DNA from: an uncultured Undibacter sp.
GTDB lineage: Bacteria > Pseudomonadota > Alphaproteobacteria > Rhizobiales > Xanthobacteraceae
NCBI GenBank assembly: GCA_964576085.1
Contig: CAZNTY010000390.1
Span: 1 to 50,447 of the forward strand
Direction of reading: 5' to 3'
Length of the DNA: 50,447 bases
Shown: piece after piece, positions 27,842-37,150 of the stretch
Numbering within the stretch: position 1 is the first letter of the stretch
Layout: each line of letters begins with the position of its first letter
Notes under the pieces: model-generated
Seen by the model: only the letters and a program-made list of their open reading frames with translations
Database searches by the model: none
Told to the model about the DNA's origin: nothing
Program-made: the position numbers and the translations under genes

Positions 27842-28965
27842 GCGCTCTTGACGCGGCTCCAGGCCTCGACCCACTCATTGAATTTTGCGGGCTGGCTGAT
27901 CTGATGAGCCTTCACAGATCCATCAATGATGCCGTACCCGGCCTTCTTCGCTTCTTCGGCCGTGAGGCTCTGCAGCGCGGTCTTGGAGCAGGACAGATAA
28001 CCGGTCGTCTTGGTCAACTGGCTGGTATATTCGGCGCCCAGCATGGAGTTGATGACAGCGTGCGCCCGGTCCTGATGCGGCGCGTCTTTCGGAATGAAGC
28101 CGCCGGAAACGAGGGAAAGAACGCCTTCCTTGCACCACGCGCTGCCGACCGGAAAGTTCTTCTGTTCCAGGTTCGCGCGCATCGGTAATGGGCCATAGGC
28201 ACAAACGACCTCGCCACTGCCGATCAGGCTGGCTCCTTGTGCAAAGCTGGTCCACATGGTGCGAACGTTCTTCTTCTTCGAGATCAAGAATTTGCTGACC
28301 TCCTCGAGCTCGCTGCCTTCCATCGTTTCGGGCTGCTTCTTGCCCAAAAACAGCCCGGCACAGAGAAACATGTGAAGCGCCGAATCGAACCAGGCGATCC
28401 GGCCCGCATATTTGTCCTCGAACAGCATCCCCCAGGATTGCGTATAGGGATCCTTTTCGGGCACCTCGCTGGAGTTGAAAAGGACGGTGTCGTACCCGAA
28501 CGTGCCGGGGACCGCATAGGTCTTTCCGTCGCGCGTAATGTAATTGGACTTGAAAACGTCCGATATATGTTTCGAGTTTGGAATCTTGTCGAGATCGAGC
28601 GGCGCGATTTTCTCCTCTCCCGATTTTTCGCCCATGATCGGTTTGCGGGCCACCTCGATCTGCGCATGCATCAGGGTGAATCGCGACGTGCCGCCAGGAG
28701 CGAGCAATCGCGAAACCGAATCGGTTACGGTTCTGAACGGAGCGTCGGTGATTTTGACATTGGCTTCACGCTCGACGATCTCTCGAAGGACGGGCGACAT
28801 TAGGCGGTTCGTCATCAGGACTTCGATTTGGACCGGCGCCTCCGCGACCGAGGGTCGCGCAAACAGCGCAGCTGCGCCGGCGACGCCAATTTTGAGAACG
28901 TCGCGCCTTGCCACCAAGCGAGCTTTTCGTCTTGCCCCGCGATTCACTTCGACCTTGGCGTTCAT
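27838..28965 (-). CDS. PotD/PotF-type extracellular solute-binding protein with Tat signal (left arm)
   Basis: Twin-arginine motif ARRDVLK; PLDLDKIPN, YAVP..FG, KYAGRI and KEG; RBS AAGGGAGAAGGA. Confidence 0.88.
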   Translation of the reverse strand: MNAKVEVNRGARRKARLVARRDVLKIGVAGAAALFARPSVAEAPVQIEVLMTNRLMSPVLREIVEREANVKITDAPFRTVTDSVSRLLAPGGTSRFTLMHAQIEVARKPIMGEKSGEEKIAPLDLDKIPNSKHISDVFKSNYITRDGKTYAVPGTFGYDTVLFNSSEVPEKDPYTQSWGMLFEDKYAGRIAWFDSALHMFLCAGLFLGKKQPETMEGSELEEVSKFLISKKKNVRTMWTSFAQGASLIGSGEVVCAYGPLPMRANLEQKNFPVGSAWCKEGVLSLVSGGFIPKDAPHQDRAHAVINSMLGAEYTSQLTKTTGYLSCSKTALQSLTAEEAKKAGYGIIDGSVKAHQISQPAKFNEWVEAWSRVKSA

Positions 28966-28981
28966 GATCCTTCTCCCTTGC

Positions 28982-29797
28982 TCATGTTGAAACGACGCGA
29001 GTGCGACTTGATGCGGCGAACCCCAGGATCGCAACCGACAGCGTGATGACCATGATGATCACGCCCACAGCGGGCAGAAATGGCGCCGCCTGTTCGGTGA
29101 CCAGAATCCATAGATGCACCGGCATCGTTCTTTGCGATCCGCTCACGAAGAGCGTGCGAATGAACTCATCGAAAGACAGCGTGAACGCGAACAGGAAAGT
29201 TGCGACGACACCGGGTCGGATCAGCGGAAATGTGATGCGGCGGAACACTGTCAATGGCGTGGCGCCGAGATCCATCGCCGCTTCTTCGACCGCGCGGTCC
29301 AACTTGTGCATGCGCGGATAGAGCGTGAGGAACGCGAACGGCAGAACCCATGTTACGTGGACGATATAGACCGTCGGCCACAACCCGTACGGCCAATTGA
29401 TCAATCCGAAAAACACCAGCATCACGACGCCGGTAACGACGCCGGGCATGATGATCGGGAGCAACAGTGTCGGAAGGATTGCGCTCTGCATCGGAAATCG
29501 CGCGCGCATGCCCAGCGCGACCATCAGGGAGAAAGCCGTTCCGGTCAGCGCGCTGGCCAGACCGACCGTCACGCTGTTCCACAGCGCGTTCAGCAGAACC
29601 CCTCCCGCAAAAGCCTCCCGGTATAGACCCCACGTAAAGCCGCGCAGCGGGAAGCCCGTCACCGGTGAATTGTTGAAAGACAGGACCACCAGAACAAAAA
29701 TTGGAATGTACAAGAAAGCGAAGAATAATACGGCATAGGCGCGTGCAGCCCACAACCAGGACCGACGAAGCCGCCTGCCTTTGTTCTGGCTTCGCAT
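28982..29797 (-). CDS. PotC-type ABC permease (left arm)
   Basis: Motifs FLYIPIFVLVVLSFN, EEAAMDLGA and FTLSFDEF. Confidence 0.92.
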   Translation of the reverse strand: MRSQNKGRRLRRSWLWAARAYAVLFFAFLYIPIFVLVVLSFNNSPVTGFPLRGFTWGLYREAFAGGVLLNALWNSVTVGLASALTGTAFSLMVALGMRARFPMQSAILPTLLLPIIMPGVVTGVVMLVFFGLINWPYGLWPTVYIVHVTWVLPFAFLTLYPRMHKLDRAVEEAAMDLGATPLTVFRRITFPLIRPGVVATFLFAFTLSFDEFIRTLFVSGSQRTMPVHLWILVTEQAAPFLPAVGVIIMVITLSVAILGFAASSRTRVVST

Positions 29798-29852
29798 GGC
29801 TAGCTGCCGTAAGCCCGATGCCGGAAGGCAAACCTGATCTGGTGCATCATCA

Positions 29853-30728
29853 TCATCGCGCACCCAGGAAAATTTGCAGCAGGCCAAGACGTCGGGCCGC
29901 CAGAGTGAAGGAGGCCAGTGCGAGCGCCATCAAGGTGATCGCCAAAGCCGCTCCCAGCGCCCAATTATTTGCAACCTGGAACTGGCTCGCGATCACGTTC
30001 CCAATCATCAGAGTGGACGCACCGCCAAGCAGTTGCGGGGTCACATAGGCGCCGCACGCGAACAGGAAAACCATCGTGCAGCCCGATAGGACCCCCGGTA
30101 AACTCAACGGATAGATCACGTGACGGAAGGTCTGCAGCGGCGCGGCGCCAAGGTCGCTAGCAGCCTCGATCAACTTCGGATCAAGCCGATCGAGCGACTG
30201 ATAAATCGGCAAGAACATGAAAAGCATGTACGCATAGACGAGACCAACATAGATCGCGCCTTCGTTGTAAAGAAACCAATCGACCGGCCGATCGATGAAT
30301 CCGGACTTGAGAAGGAGGAAGTTGAGCAGCCCGTTGCGGCCGAGCATCGGAAGCCACAGGAAGCCGCGGACGACATAGCTCGTCCAGAACGGGAGAAAGA
30401 CGAACAGCATGATCACGGTCTTGAACCTGTGCATGCGGGACAGGTAGAGCGCCATCGGATAAGCGGCGACCAGGGACAGAAGCGTGGTCAGGATCGCAAT
30501 GCGCAGCGTTCGGAAGAGAGCGGAAAGGTAGACCGGCTCTGTGAACACCGAACGGTAATTGGCGATCGTCCAATCCTGCTTGATGCCGAAGGCAGTCGGC
30601 GTCCACAGGGAGATCACGAGAAGCATGAACATCGGCACGACGGTGAAGATAAAGAGCCAGGAGATCGCCGGAAGCACGAGCAGGGCGCGAAGCCATTCCC
30701 GCTTACGACTTGGTCTTGCTCGTTGCAT
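29853..30728 (-). CDS. PotB-type ABC permease (left arm)
   Basis: Motifs LPFWTSYVVR, LIEAASDLGA, YVTPQLLGG and NWALGAA. Confidence 0.92.
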   Translation of the reverse strand: MQRARPSRKREWLRALLVLPAISWLFIFTVVPMFMLLVISLWTPTAFGIKQDWTIANYRSVFTEPVYLSALFRTLRIAILTTLLSLVAAYPMALYLSRMHRFKTVIMLFVFLPFWTSYVVRGFLWLPMLGRNGLLNFLLLKSGFIDRPVDWFLYNEGAIYVGLVYAYMLFMFLPIYQSLDRLDPKLIEAASDLGAAPLQTFRHVIYPLSLPGVLSGCTMVFLFACGAYVTPQLLGGASTLMIGNVIASQFQVANNWALGAALAITLMALALASFTLAARRLGLLQIFLGAR

Positions 30729-30745
30729 CGACCGTGTTCCCGCCG

Positions 30746-32764
30746 CTAATGCCTCGTAATCACGAGCGCGGAGTTTTCAGCAACGTGCATCTCCCAATTT
30801 GGAGGCACGATAGTCGTCGCACCGTACTCGGCGATCACTGCGGGCCCGGCGGTACTGAACCCGGCCGACAGCTGTGACCTTTGAATTACTGGAGTCTCGA
30901 ATTTCGTACCTGAAAACCACACCGGCCGGACGACGCGCTGTGCCGAAGTCGCCGCATTCTTGGGCTTGAGCAAGCGAAAGTCGAACGGCGCTTCTGCCGT
31001 GATCGCAACCCTGATTGTCCGCACCATCACGTCGATCTTGTGAGCCCGACCAAAGAGCTCGATGTGCCGGCTTTCAAACATCTCGGGGAGCCGATTGACG
31101 GATTCGACCGTCAGATCGGGCAATTCAACGGTTACGTCATGACTCTGTTTCGCATAGCGCAGATCGACCGCGAATTTCGGGCGTATTTTTTCAGCCGGCC
31201 AATGCTCTTTGGCGGCGGTAGACAGGGTTCGTGCTTGCAGCGATTGAAGCGCCTCAATCAATTGCGCCGGCGTGTCTTTGCCCCATGCACGTATCCAGGT
31301 TTGAGCGCCGTCCTGCCTCAAGTCGGATGCCAGGAGCCCGTAGGCGCACACATGCCCCGGATGCGGGGGGACAATGACTTCCTGCAAGCCGAGATCTTCG
31401 GCCACCATGCAGGCATGCATCGGTCCTGCTCCACCAAGCGCGACCAGCGAAAACTCCCGAGGGTCGTGGCCGCGCTCGATGGAGATTTGGCGGATAGCAT
31501 TGCTCATCTGTGTCACAGAGACGGCAACGATTCCTTCCACAAGGTGCATCAGCGGCAATCCGCGCTTCGCCGCCAAAGCCTCAAAGGCTTGTCGCGCGGC
31601 ATCGGAATCAAGGTGCAGTCCGCCCGCCAGAGAATCGCTGCCCAGGCGCCCTAGCAGCAGATTCGCGTCCGTGATTGTCGGCTCGATACCGCCGGCGCCA
31701 TAGCAAACAGGCCCGGGTTTTGCGCCGGCGCTTCTCGGGCCGACGTGAAGACCGCCGCCCTCGTCGAAAAATGCGATGCTGCCGCCGCCCGTGCCGATCG
31801 AGTTTATGTTCATCTGCGGAAGTCGTAACGGAAACCCGTTGAGGACCGTCTCGTGCGCAATCTGCGGCTCGCCGCCGTCAATCAATGCGACTTCGGTGCT
31901 GGTGCCGCCCATGTCGAGGGTGATCAAATTGGGCCGGTCGAGTGCCTCGGCGGCGGCGATACTGCCGCGCACACCGCCGACCGGCCCGGACAGGATGGTC
32001 ATGGCGGCGTTCTCGACCATTGTTTCGCAATAGTTCGTGCCGCCGTTCGACGCCATCACGAGCAGCGTTCCGGAAAATCCACGACGCTTCAGCGCGCCTT
32101 CAAAGTTGTCCAGGTACTTTGCGAGTTTCGGACTCACCGCGCCGTTAATGACTGTCGTGGTGAAGCGCTCATACTCGCGAATTTCGGGTGATACCCGATG
32201 GGACTCGGAGACGGTGATGTTCGGTAAGGCCGCGCGCAGGGCGCGGGCCATCTCGCGCTCATGCTGAGGATTGACAAAGGAATTGATGAAGCAGACCGCC
32301 GCAGCTTGCGGATTGGCTGCCGCAACCTGCCTAACAATGCTCTCTATGGCAGAAATTTCGAGAGGCTCGATGACCGTTCCGTCGGCTGCCACGCGTTCTT
32401 TGGCCTCAAACCGGACGTCGCGCTCGACCAATGGATCCGGCCGGGCAAAACGCGTGTCGAAAAGGCTGGGTGCGAGCCGCATACAGCGGCCGATCTCGAG
32501 GGTGTCCCGAAAACCGTCAGTTGTGACCAGCGCGACTTTTGCGAGCTTGTGTTCGAGGATCGCGTTGGTCGCGACGGTGGTTCCGTGCACAACCCATTCG
32601 ATCTGCCGCACATCGACGCCAAGTTCGTCGAGTCCATTTTCGAGGGCGAGCCATTCCTGCCCCGGCTCCGATGGCACCTTTGCGAGGTTCATCCGGTGGC
32701 CCGCAGTGTCATACAACACGAGGTCGGTGAACGTTCCGCCGATATCGACGCCAAGTATCAGCAT
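30746..32764 (-). CDS. Hydantoinase A / 5-oxoprolinase ATP-binding subunit (left arm)
   Basis: Motifs GVDIGGTFTD, HGTTVATNA, EYERFTT, LSGPVGG, DMGGTST, GGGSIA, SAGAKPGPVCY, TITDANL and GGAGPMHA. Confidence 0.95.
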   Translation of the reverse strand: MLILGVDIGGTFTDLVLYDTAGHRMNLAKVPSEPGQEWLALENGLDELGVDVRQIEWVVHGTTVATNAILEHKLAKVALVTTDGFRDTLEIGRCMRLAPSLFDTRFARPDPLVERDVRFEAKERVAADGTVIEPLEISAIESIVRQVAAANPQAAAVCFINSFVNPQHEREMARALRAALPNITVSESHRVSPEIREYERFTTTVINGAVSPKLAKYLDNFEGALKRRGFSGTLLVMASNGGTNYCETMVENAAMTILSGPVGGVRGSIAAAEALDRPNLITLDMGGTSTEVALIDGGEPQIAHETVLNGFPLRLPQMNINSIGTGGGSIAFFDEGGGLHVGPRSAGAKPGPVCYGAGGIEPTITDANLLLGRLGSDSLAGGLHLDSDAARQAFEALAAKRGLPLMHLVEGIVAVSVTQMSNAIRQISIERGHDPREFSLVALGGAGPMHACMVAEDLGLQEVIVPPHPGHVCAYGLLASDLRQDGAQTWIRAWGKDTPAQLIEALQSLQARTLSTAAKEHWPAEKIRPKFAVDLRYAKQSHDVTVELPDLTVESVNRLPEMFESRHIELFGRAHKIDVMVRTIRVAITAEAPFDFRLLKPKNAATSAQRVVRPVWFSGTKFETPVIQRSQLSAGFSTAGPAVIAEYGATTIVPPNWEMHVAENSALVITRH

Positions 32765-34839
32765 GCCCGCTGCTCCGGAGCATCATGAAGCCGTGCGCGG
32801 TCCGGCTTTCGAAGCGTGTGAGGCGTATTTGGCTGAAGCCCGTAAAACGCTCGCAGCGATGTGGGAATGCAGAGTTGGTCAGCACCAACGGTATCGTCCA
32901 GCGTCGCGGCGAGCCGCATCGGTGCAGCCGTTTGCTGGAGCGCGAGAACCTCGACCAGGTCGCCGTCCGATACCTGCAATCGCTTCGCCGTTTCCGGGTG
33001 CAGCCAGCAACGCGGGAAATAGCTGATGTCAGGAGGGACATCGCGCTCGACAAGCGCAAGCTGGGGACGGGCGCTGCGAAGCTCCTGCCGTCTTTTCGCG
33101 GTTGCAGACAAGTCCACGGCATTGTCGGCGAGAACGACCCCGTAGACGCCCTTGGCCTTGTCGCGCGTGATGTATCCCATCGCGACGTCGTGCATGACGC
33201 GCTCGGGATCCCGGTCGAGCGGATCGCCATAGCCTCCGCCACCGTTGGTTTCGACGACGAAGAGATCGCCGCGCTTCATCGGATAGCTCCCGACTTTGCC
33301 GGGCACCGGCCAATCCATGATCAGGTCACCGCCGCGCCGCACATAGGTGCTGATCGGCCAGCCGGACGTGCCGCCGAATAGGCCGAAGGGCGGAACCACA
33401 TGTTTTTCCGAGGCCAGCGAAAGCACGGCGATGTCGCTGACGATGCGGAACGTCCGGACCATTCCTAATCCGCCACGGTATGTGCCGTCGCCGCAGGAAT
33501 CCGGCCGCAGCGAACAACGCTCGACTCGCAACGGATACTTTTGCTCGATCGCCTCAACCGACTGGATCGCGGAAAAATCACCCTCGTTGAATGTACGAAG
33601 CGTGTGATTCCCGTCATGCCCTTGAAACGCGCCGGTGCCCCCGGCAGGTGCTTCGTACAGAATGAAGCTGTCGCCGGTCGATGCACTGTGGCCGCCGATA
33701 AATGTCTGGTTGGATGTGCTCTTGGTCTCGCCCGTCACTCGGTCGGGCACTACCGGGGCGAGGGCCGCCATGATCGTGGATTCATAGGCCCGGCGGCCGT
33801 CACCCAGTTGCCCGCACGGAAATGGATATTGTGAGTTCAGATAGATGCCTTTTGGGGCCACGACGCGGATGCAACGGAAGCTCCCCGAATTGACCGGGCC
33901 GCCGGTGTCGATCAACGATTTCAGCATGATGAAGGCACCCGTCGGTGCGGTCGACGGCCCGCCATTGATGGGGGCCTCGATCGGCGCGCTGGAGCCGCTG
34001 GCGTCGATTTCGATCTCATCTCCCTGAATGGTGACTTGCACCCGGATTCTTATGGTCCGGCCGAGGTCGGGCCGCGGATCGAGATAATTTTCGTAGACGT
34101 AGCGGCCATCCGGAAGCGCCGCGATCTTGCTCCGCATCCGGCGCTCTTCCTGGTCCAGCAAGGCCGCAACAAATTTGTCGCAGCTCTCGAGTCCGTAGCG
34201 ATCGATGACGCTGTTGAGCCGTTTGGCGGCAATCTGACAGGTGCCAAGCATCGCGGTGAAATCGGCCTCGCGTTCCTCCGGCAGCCGCATGTTGGCAAGC
34301 AAGATTCGCAGCACGGTTTCGAGTTCACGGCTGTCTGCCTTCAATCGCGTGACCGGAATTCGGACTCCTTCTTGATGGATCGTCCGAGAGTTGCCGGAAA
34401 TACTCCCGAACGTCGCGCCGCCGACGTCTTCCCAATGGGCCCGCACCACCGGAAAGAAGGCAAGTTTTCCATCGCGGAAGAGCGGTACGATCAGACACAC
34501 GTCGTTCAGATGCGTTCCGCCGGTATAGGGATCATTGTGGATGAACAGGTCGTCAGGCCCGATGTCGTCGCCGTATTTCTCGAGCACCTCGCGCACAGAC
34601 CACACGATCGGGAAAATATGCTGGGGGTTGTCCTCGAATTGAGCGACAAGCTCCCCAGACTTGCTGAATATCGCGCAAGACAGGTCGATCAATTCGGTGA
34701 TCGACGACGAGAAAGCCGACCGCACCATCATCGAGCGCATCTCGCCGACGATTCCCACCAGCCGCTGCTGAAAAATTCGCAACGTGATCGGATCGACGTC
34801 GATCGCCGTCAAGGTCTCGCGCGATACAGGTTTGTTCAT
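32758..34839 (-). CDS. Hydantoinase B / oxoprolinase catalytic subunit with C-terminal extension (left arm)
   Basis: Motifs DPITL, RSAFS...E..DLSCA, NDPYTGGTHLND, HWEDVGG, QEGVRIP, G.YRGGLG and GGGGYGDPLDR. Start at ATG 34839 (or GTG 34869). Confidence 0.95.
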   Translation of the reverse strand: MNKPVSRETLTAIDVDPITLRIFQQRLVGIVGEMRSMMVRSAFSSSITELIDLSCAIFSKSGELVAQFEDNPQHIFPIVWSVREVLEKYGDDIGPDDLFIHNDPYTGGTHLNDVCLIVPLFRDGKLAFFPVVRAHWEDVGGATFGSISGNSRTIHQEGVRIPVTRLKADSRELETVLRILLANMRLPEEREADFTAMLGTCQIAAKRLNSVIDRYGLESCDKFVAALLDQEERRMRSKIAALPDGRYVYENYLDPRPDLGRTIRIRVQVTIQGDEIEIDASGSSAPIEAPINGGPSTAPTGAFIMLKSLIDTGGPVNSGSFRCIRVVAPKGIYLNSQYPFPCGQLGDGRRAYESTIMAALAPVVPDRVTGETKSTSNQTFIGGHSASTGDSFILYEAPAGGTGAFQGHDGNHTLRTFNEGDFSAIQSVEAIEQKYPLRVERCSLRPDSCGDGTYRGGLGMVRTFRIVSDIAVLSLASEKHVVPPFGLFGGTSGWPISTYVRRGGDLIMDWPVPGKVGSYPMKRGDLFVVETNGGGGYGDPLDRDPERVMHDVAMGYITRDKAKGVYGVVLADNAVDLSATAKRRQELRSARPQLALVERDVPPDISYFPRCWLHPETAKRLQVSDGDLVEVLALQQTAAPMRLAATLDDTVGADQLCIPTSLRAFYGLQPNTPHTLRKPDRARLHDAPEQRAC

Positions 34840-34881
34840 CTCGCTTCCCAAATTCTGCAGCGAAAACACGACGTGCGGTGG

Positions 34882-35355
34882 CTAGGAGTTATAGGCCGCG
34901 CCCATCGCCTTGCGCTCGACCGCGGAAACATCGATATCGATTGATTCCTGCGGCGGAGTGGCGTTGATCCGGGGCTTCTCGCCATCCTTGAAAAGCCCGA
35001 CCGTGCCGCGACGAGTTTCAGGAGCGAGCACCGGGGCGTGCGACTGGATCAGCACGCAGGGCTTGGTTCCCTTTACCCACGCCCAATGCAGCTGATTGCG
35101 CGGCACTCGAAAGAAATCGCCTTCGACCAGGTGATAGCCTTCGTCTTCGACGAAAATCCAGATCTCACCTGCCGCCACGTAATTGAGCTGCTCGCAATCG
35201 TGCTTGTGAGGCTTTGAGTGGTAATTTGGACTCCGCGTCGCGACCATCATGTTCTGGTCGTTGCCATACACGAACAGCGTCTTCATTCCTCCGGAATGGA
35301 CGGGCAGCGCCTGGGTGCCTTCCTGCATATCTTTGCTCGATATTTTCAAACTCAT
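34882..35355 (-). CDS. Cupin-domain protein (left arm)
   Basis: Metal motifs PHKHDCEQLNYV..GE and GDFFRVP.N..H; RBS GAAGGAGA. Confidence 0.9.
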   Translation of the reverse strand: MSLKISSKDMQEGTQALPVHSGGMKTLFVYGNDQNMMVATRSPNYHSKPHKHDCEQLNYVAAGEIWIFVEDEGYHLVEGDFFRVPRNQLHWAWVKGTKPCVLIQSHAPVLAPETRRGTVGLFKDGEKPRINATPPQESIDIDVSAVERKAMGAAYNS

Positions 35356-35388
35356 TGCTTTCTTCTCCTTCCCATTTTTGAGTTCACA

Positions 35389-36177
35389 TCAGGCGGCAGA
35401 CGGCTTTGACAGCACCGTCAGCCGCCGCGAGATCGCGCGCGCGCATTCCACTACGCGCGCTCCCAACACCGGAATTTCGGTTTTGCGGACCGCGGAAACC
35501 GGAAATGCAATTCCAACCGCGCAGGCCGAATGGCCGTCCGCGATCGGCGCGGCAATTGATCCGATCCCCATCTGATTCTCTTCCCAATTGGTCGCGTATC
35601 CTCGCGTGCGAACCTGCCGCAAGAATTCCTTCATGGCGGTCGGCGTTCGCAGGCTCTTCGCCGTGCGCTGAGGCATGCCGATATTCGCCAGGATTTGCTC
35701 AACCTCGGCATTCTCCCGCATGGCCAGGACAGCCTTGCCGGTCGCGCTCGCATGGACGGGCAGGCGGTGGCCGACCGGAACGCTGTATTTGATCGGTCCC
35801 GGCCCCTCGATCGAAACCGTGATGATCATGGCTCCGTCATGAAGCACAGCGAGCTGGCAGGTGTGGCCGAGGTCGCGGACGGTGTCGCGCATGAACGGCC
35901 GCGCTTCATTCTCGAGCGAGCGGCCCTTCAAATACAGACTGCCGATGTAGAGCGCGCCAACGCCAATCCGATAGCGGCGCGTGCTCGAGTCTTGTTCGAG
36001 GAAATCGAATTTGACGAGTGCGTTGACGAGGCGCTGGACGGCCGTTTTTGAGATCGTCAGCGCCCGGGCCATTTCGCTCACGCCCATCTCCGGGCGGTTG
36101 GCGAAGAGATGGAGCAGCTGCATGGCGTGCCACCCAGACAGCGACGTCAGTCCGACATTGATCTGGTCGCCTGCCAT
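35389..36177 (-). CDS. IclR-family transcriptional regulator (left arm)
   Basis: HTH GVSEMARALTISKTAVQRLV, G.RLPVHASATGKA and RGYATNWEE...GIGSIAAPI. ATG 36177 preferred over TTG 36207. Confidence 0.93.
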   Translation of the reverse strand: MAGDQINVGLTSLSGWHAMQLLHLFANRPEMGVSEMARALTISKTAVQRLVNALVKFDFLEQDSSTRRYRIGVGALYIGSLYLKGRSLENEARPFMRDTVRDLGHTCQLAVLHDGAMIITVSIEGPGPIKYSVPVGHRLPVHASATGKAVLAMRENAEVEQILANIGMPQRTAKSLRTPTAMKEFLRQVRTRGYATNWEENQMGIGSIAAPIADGHSACAVGIAFPVSAVRKTEIPVLGARVVECARAISRRLTVLSKPSAA

Positions 36178-36180
36178 CTC

Positions 36181-36238
36181 GTTCCAACTATTGGAATAAC
36201 GTTCCAATTATCATGACTTGCCAGGCAGAGACCGTCAA
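36181..36238 (-). promoter_or_regulatory. Sigma70-type promoter of the left arm with tandem IclR-like operator sites
   Basis: Minus strand reads TTGACG (36238-36233)-17 bp-CATGAT (36215-36210). Sites GTTCCAACTATTGGAAT (36181-36197) and GTTCCAATTATCATGAC (36201-36217) are 20 bp apart. Confidence 0.6.
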
Positions 36239-36295
36239 TGCCTCGTCTCGTGTGGTGCGCGCAGCACGCCCGAACGTGGAGATCGCGTACCGGTG

Positions 36296-36331
36296 TTGAC
36301 ACTGTTTGTGGGTCGTTCCTAATGCCGGATA
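36296..36331 (+). promoter_or_regulatory. Sigma70-type promoter of the right arm
   Basis: TTGACA (36296-36301)-16 bp-CCTAAT, overlapped by a degenerate site GTTCCTAATGCCGGATA. Confidence 0.45.
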
Positions 36332-36352
36332 TCGCGACCGGTTGATTGCGGC

Positions 36353-37150
36353 ATGAAGATTCAAAATCAGAAGCGCAGACGGAATCGTCGAACCAAATCG
36401 GAGTCGACCGCGCTCTCTCAGACGGTGGCTCGGGCGATTTCGATTCTGCGTGCGTTCAGCCGTGACAAGACCGAGCTCGGCGTGACGGAATTGAGCGCGC
36501 AACTCGGCCTGTCGAAGACCATCGTATTTCGCCTCGCGCAGACGCTGATGAAATATGACCTGCTGGAGCGCGACGCTGGAAGTGCCCGATACCGCATCGG
36601 CTTCGGTGCTTTCGAGATCGGATTGTTGTTTCGAAAGGCGGCGCTCGACCGTGAAGCCGAACCGCACATGCGGGCGTTGGTGGAAAAAACCGGGCTAACG
36701 TCGCAACTGGCGGTGTTCCATCGCAATCAGATGGTTATCGTAGCTTCGGAAGAGGCGACGGCGCCGCTGCGGTATAGCGTCGCGGTTGGAGAAACTCGTG
36801 CCTTGCATTCCAGCGCCGTCGGCAAGGCGGCACTTTCGACGTTCGACGATGCTCGCGTCGCCGCGATCCTGGCGGAAAGCGGGATGCCGAAGCGGACGCC
36901 GAAGACAATCACGAGCCTGCGCAGGCTGATGATCGATCTGAGGCAGGTCCGGCAGCGGGGCTACGCGGTAAACTGGCAGGAAAACACGGTCGGTGTCGCC
37001 TCCGTCGCCGCGCCGATCCCGTCGCGTCAACTGACGGCGCCCGCCGTAATCTCGCTCGCCTTTCCGATAAGCCACGTCGCTCGCAAGCAGATCCCGTCAA
37101 TCGGCAGGCTGTTGAAGGCGGCGGCCGAGAGCATTGGAGCGCGGCTGTGA
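36353..37150 (+). CDS. IclR-family transcriptional regulator (right arm)
   Basis: Motifs QTVARAISILRAF, GVTELSAQLGLSKTIVFRL, LHSSAVGKA and RGYAVNWQE..VGVASVAAPI. Confidence 0.95.
   Translation: MKIQNQKRRRNRRTKSESTALSQTVARAISILRAFSRDKTELGVTELSAQLGLSKTIVFRLAQTLMKYDLLERDAGSARYRIGFGAFEIGLLFRKAALDREAEPHMRALVEKTGLTSQLAVFHRNQMVIVASEEATAPLRYSVAVGETRALHSSAVGKAALSTFDDARVAAILAESGMPKRTPKTITSLRRLMIDLRQVRQRGYAVNWQENTVGVASVAAPIPSRQLTAPAVISLAFPISHVARKQIPSIGRLLKAAAESIGARL

Noticed and set aside
34036-34944. 302-aa plus-strand ORF
   Set aside because: Antisense to hydantoinase B.
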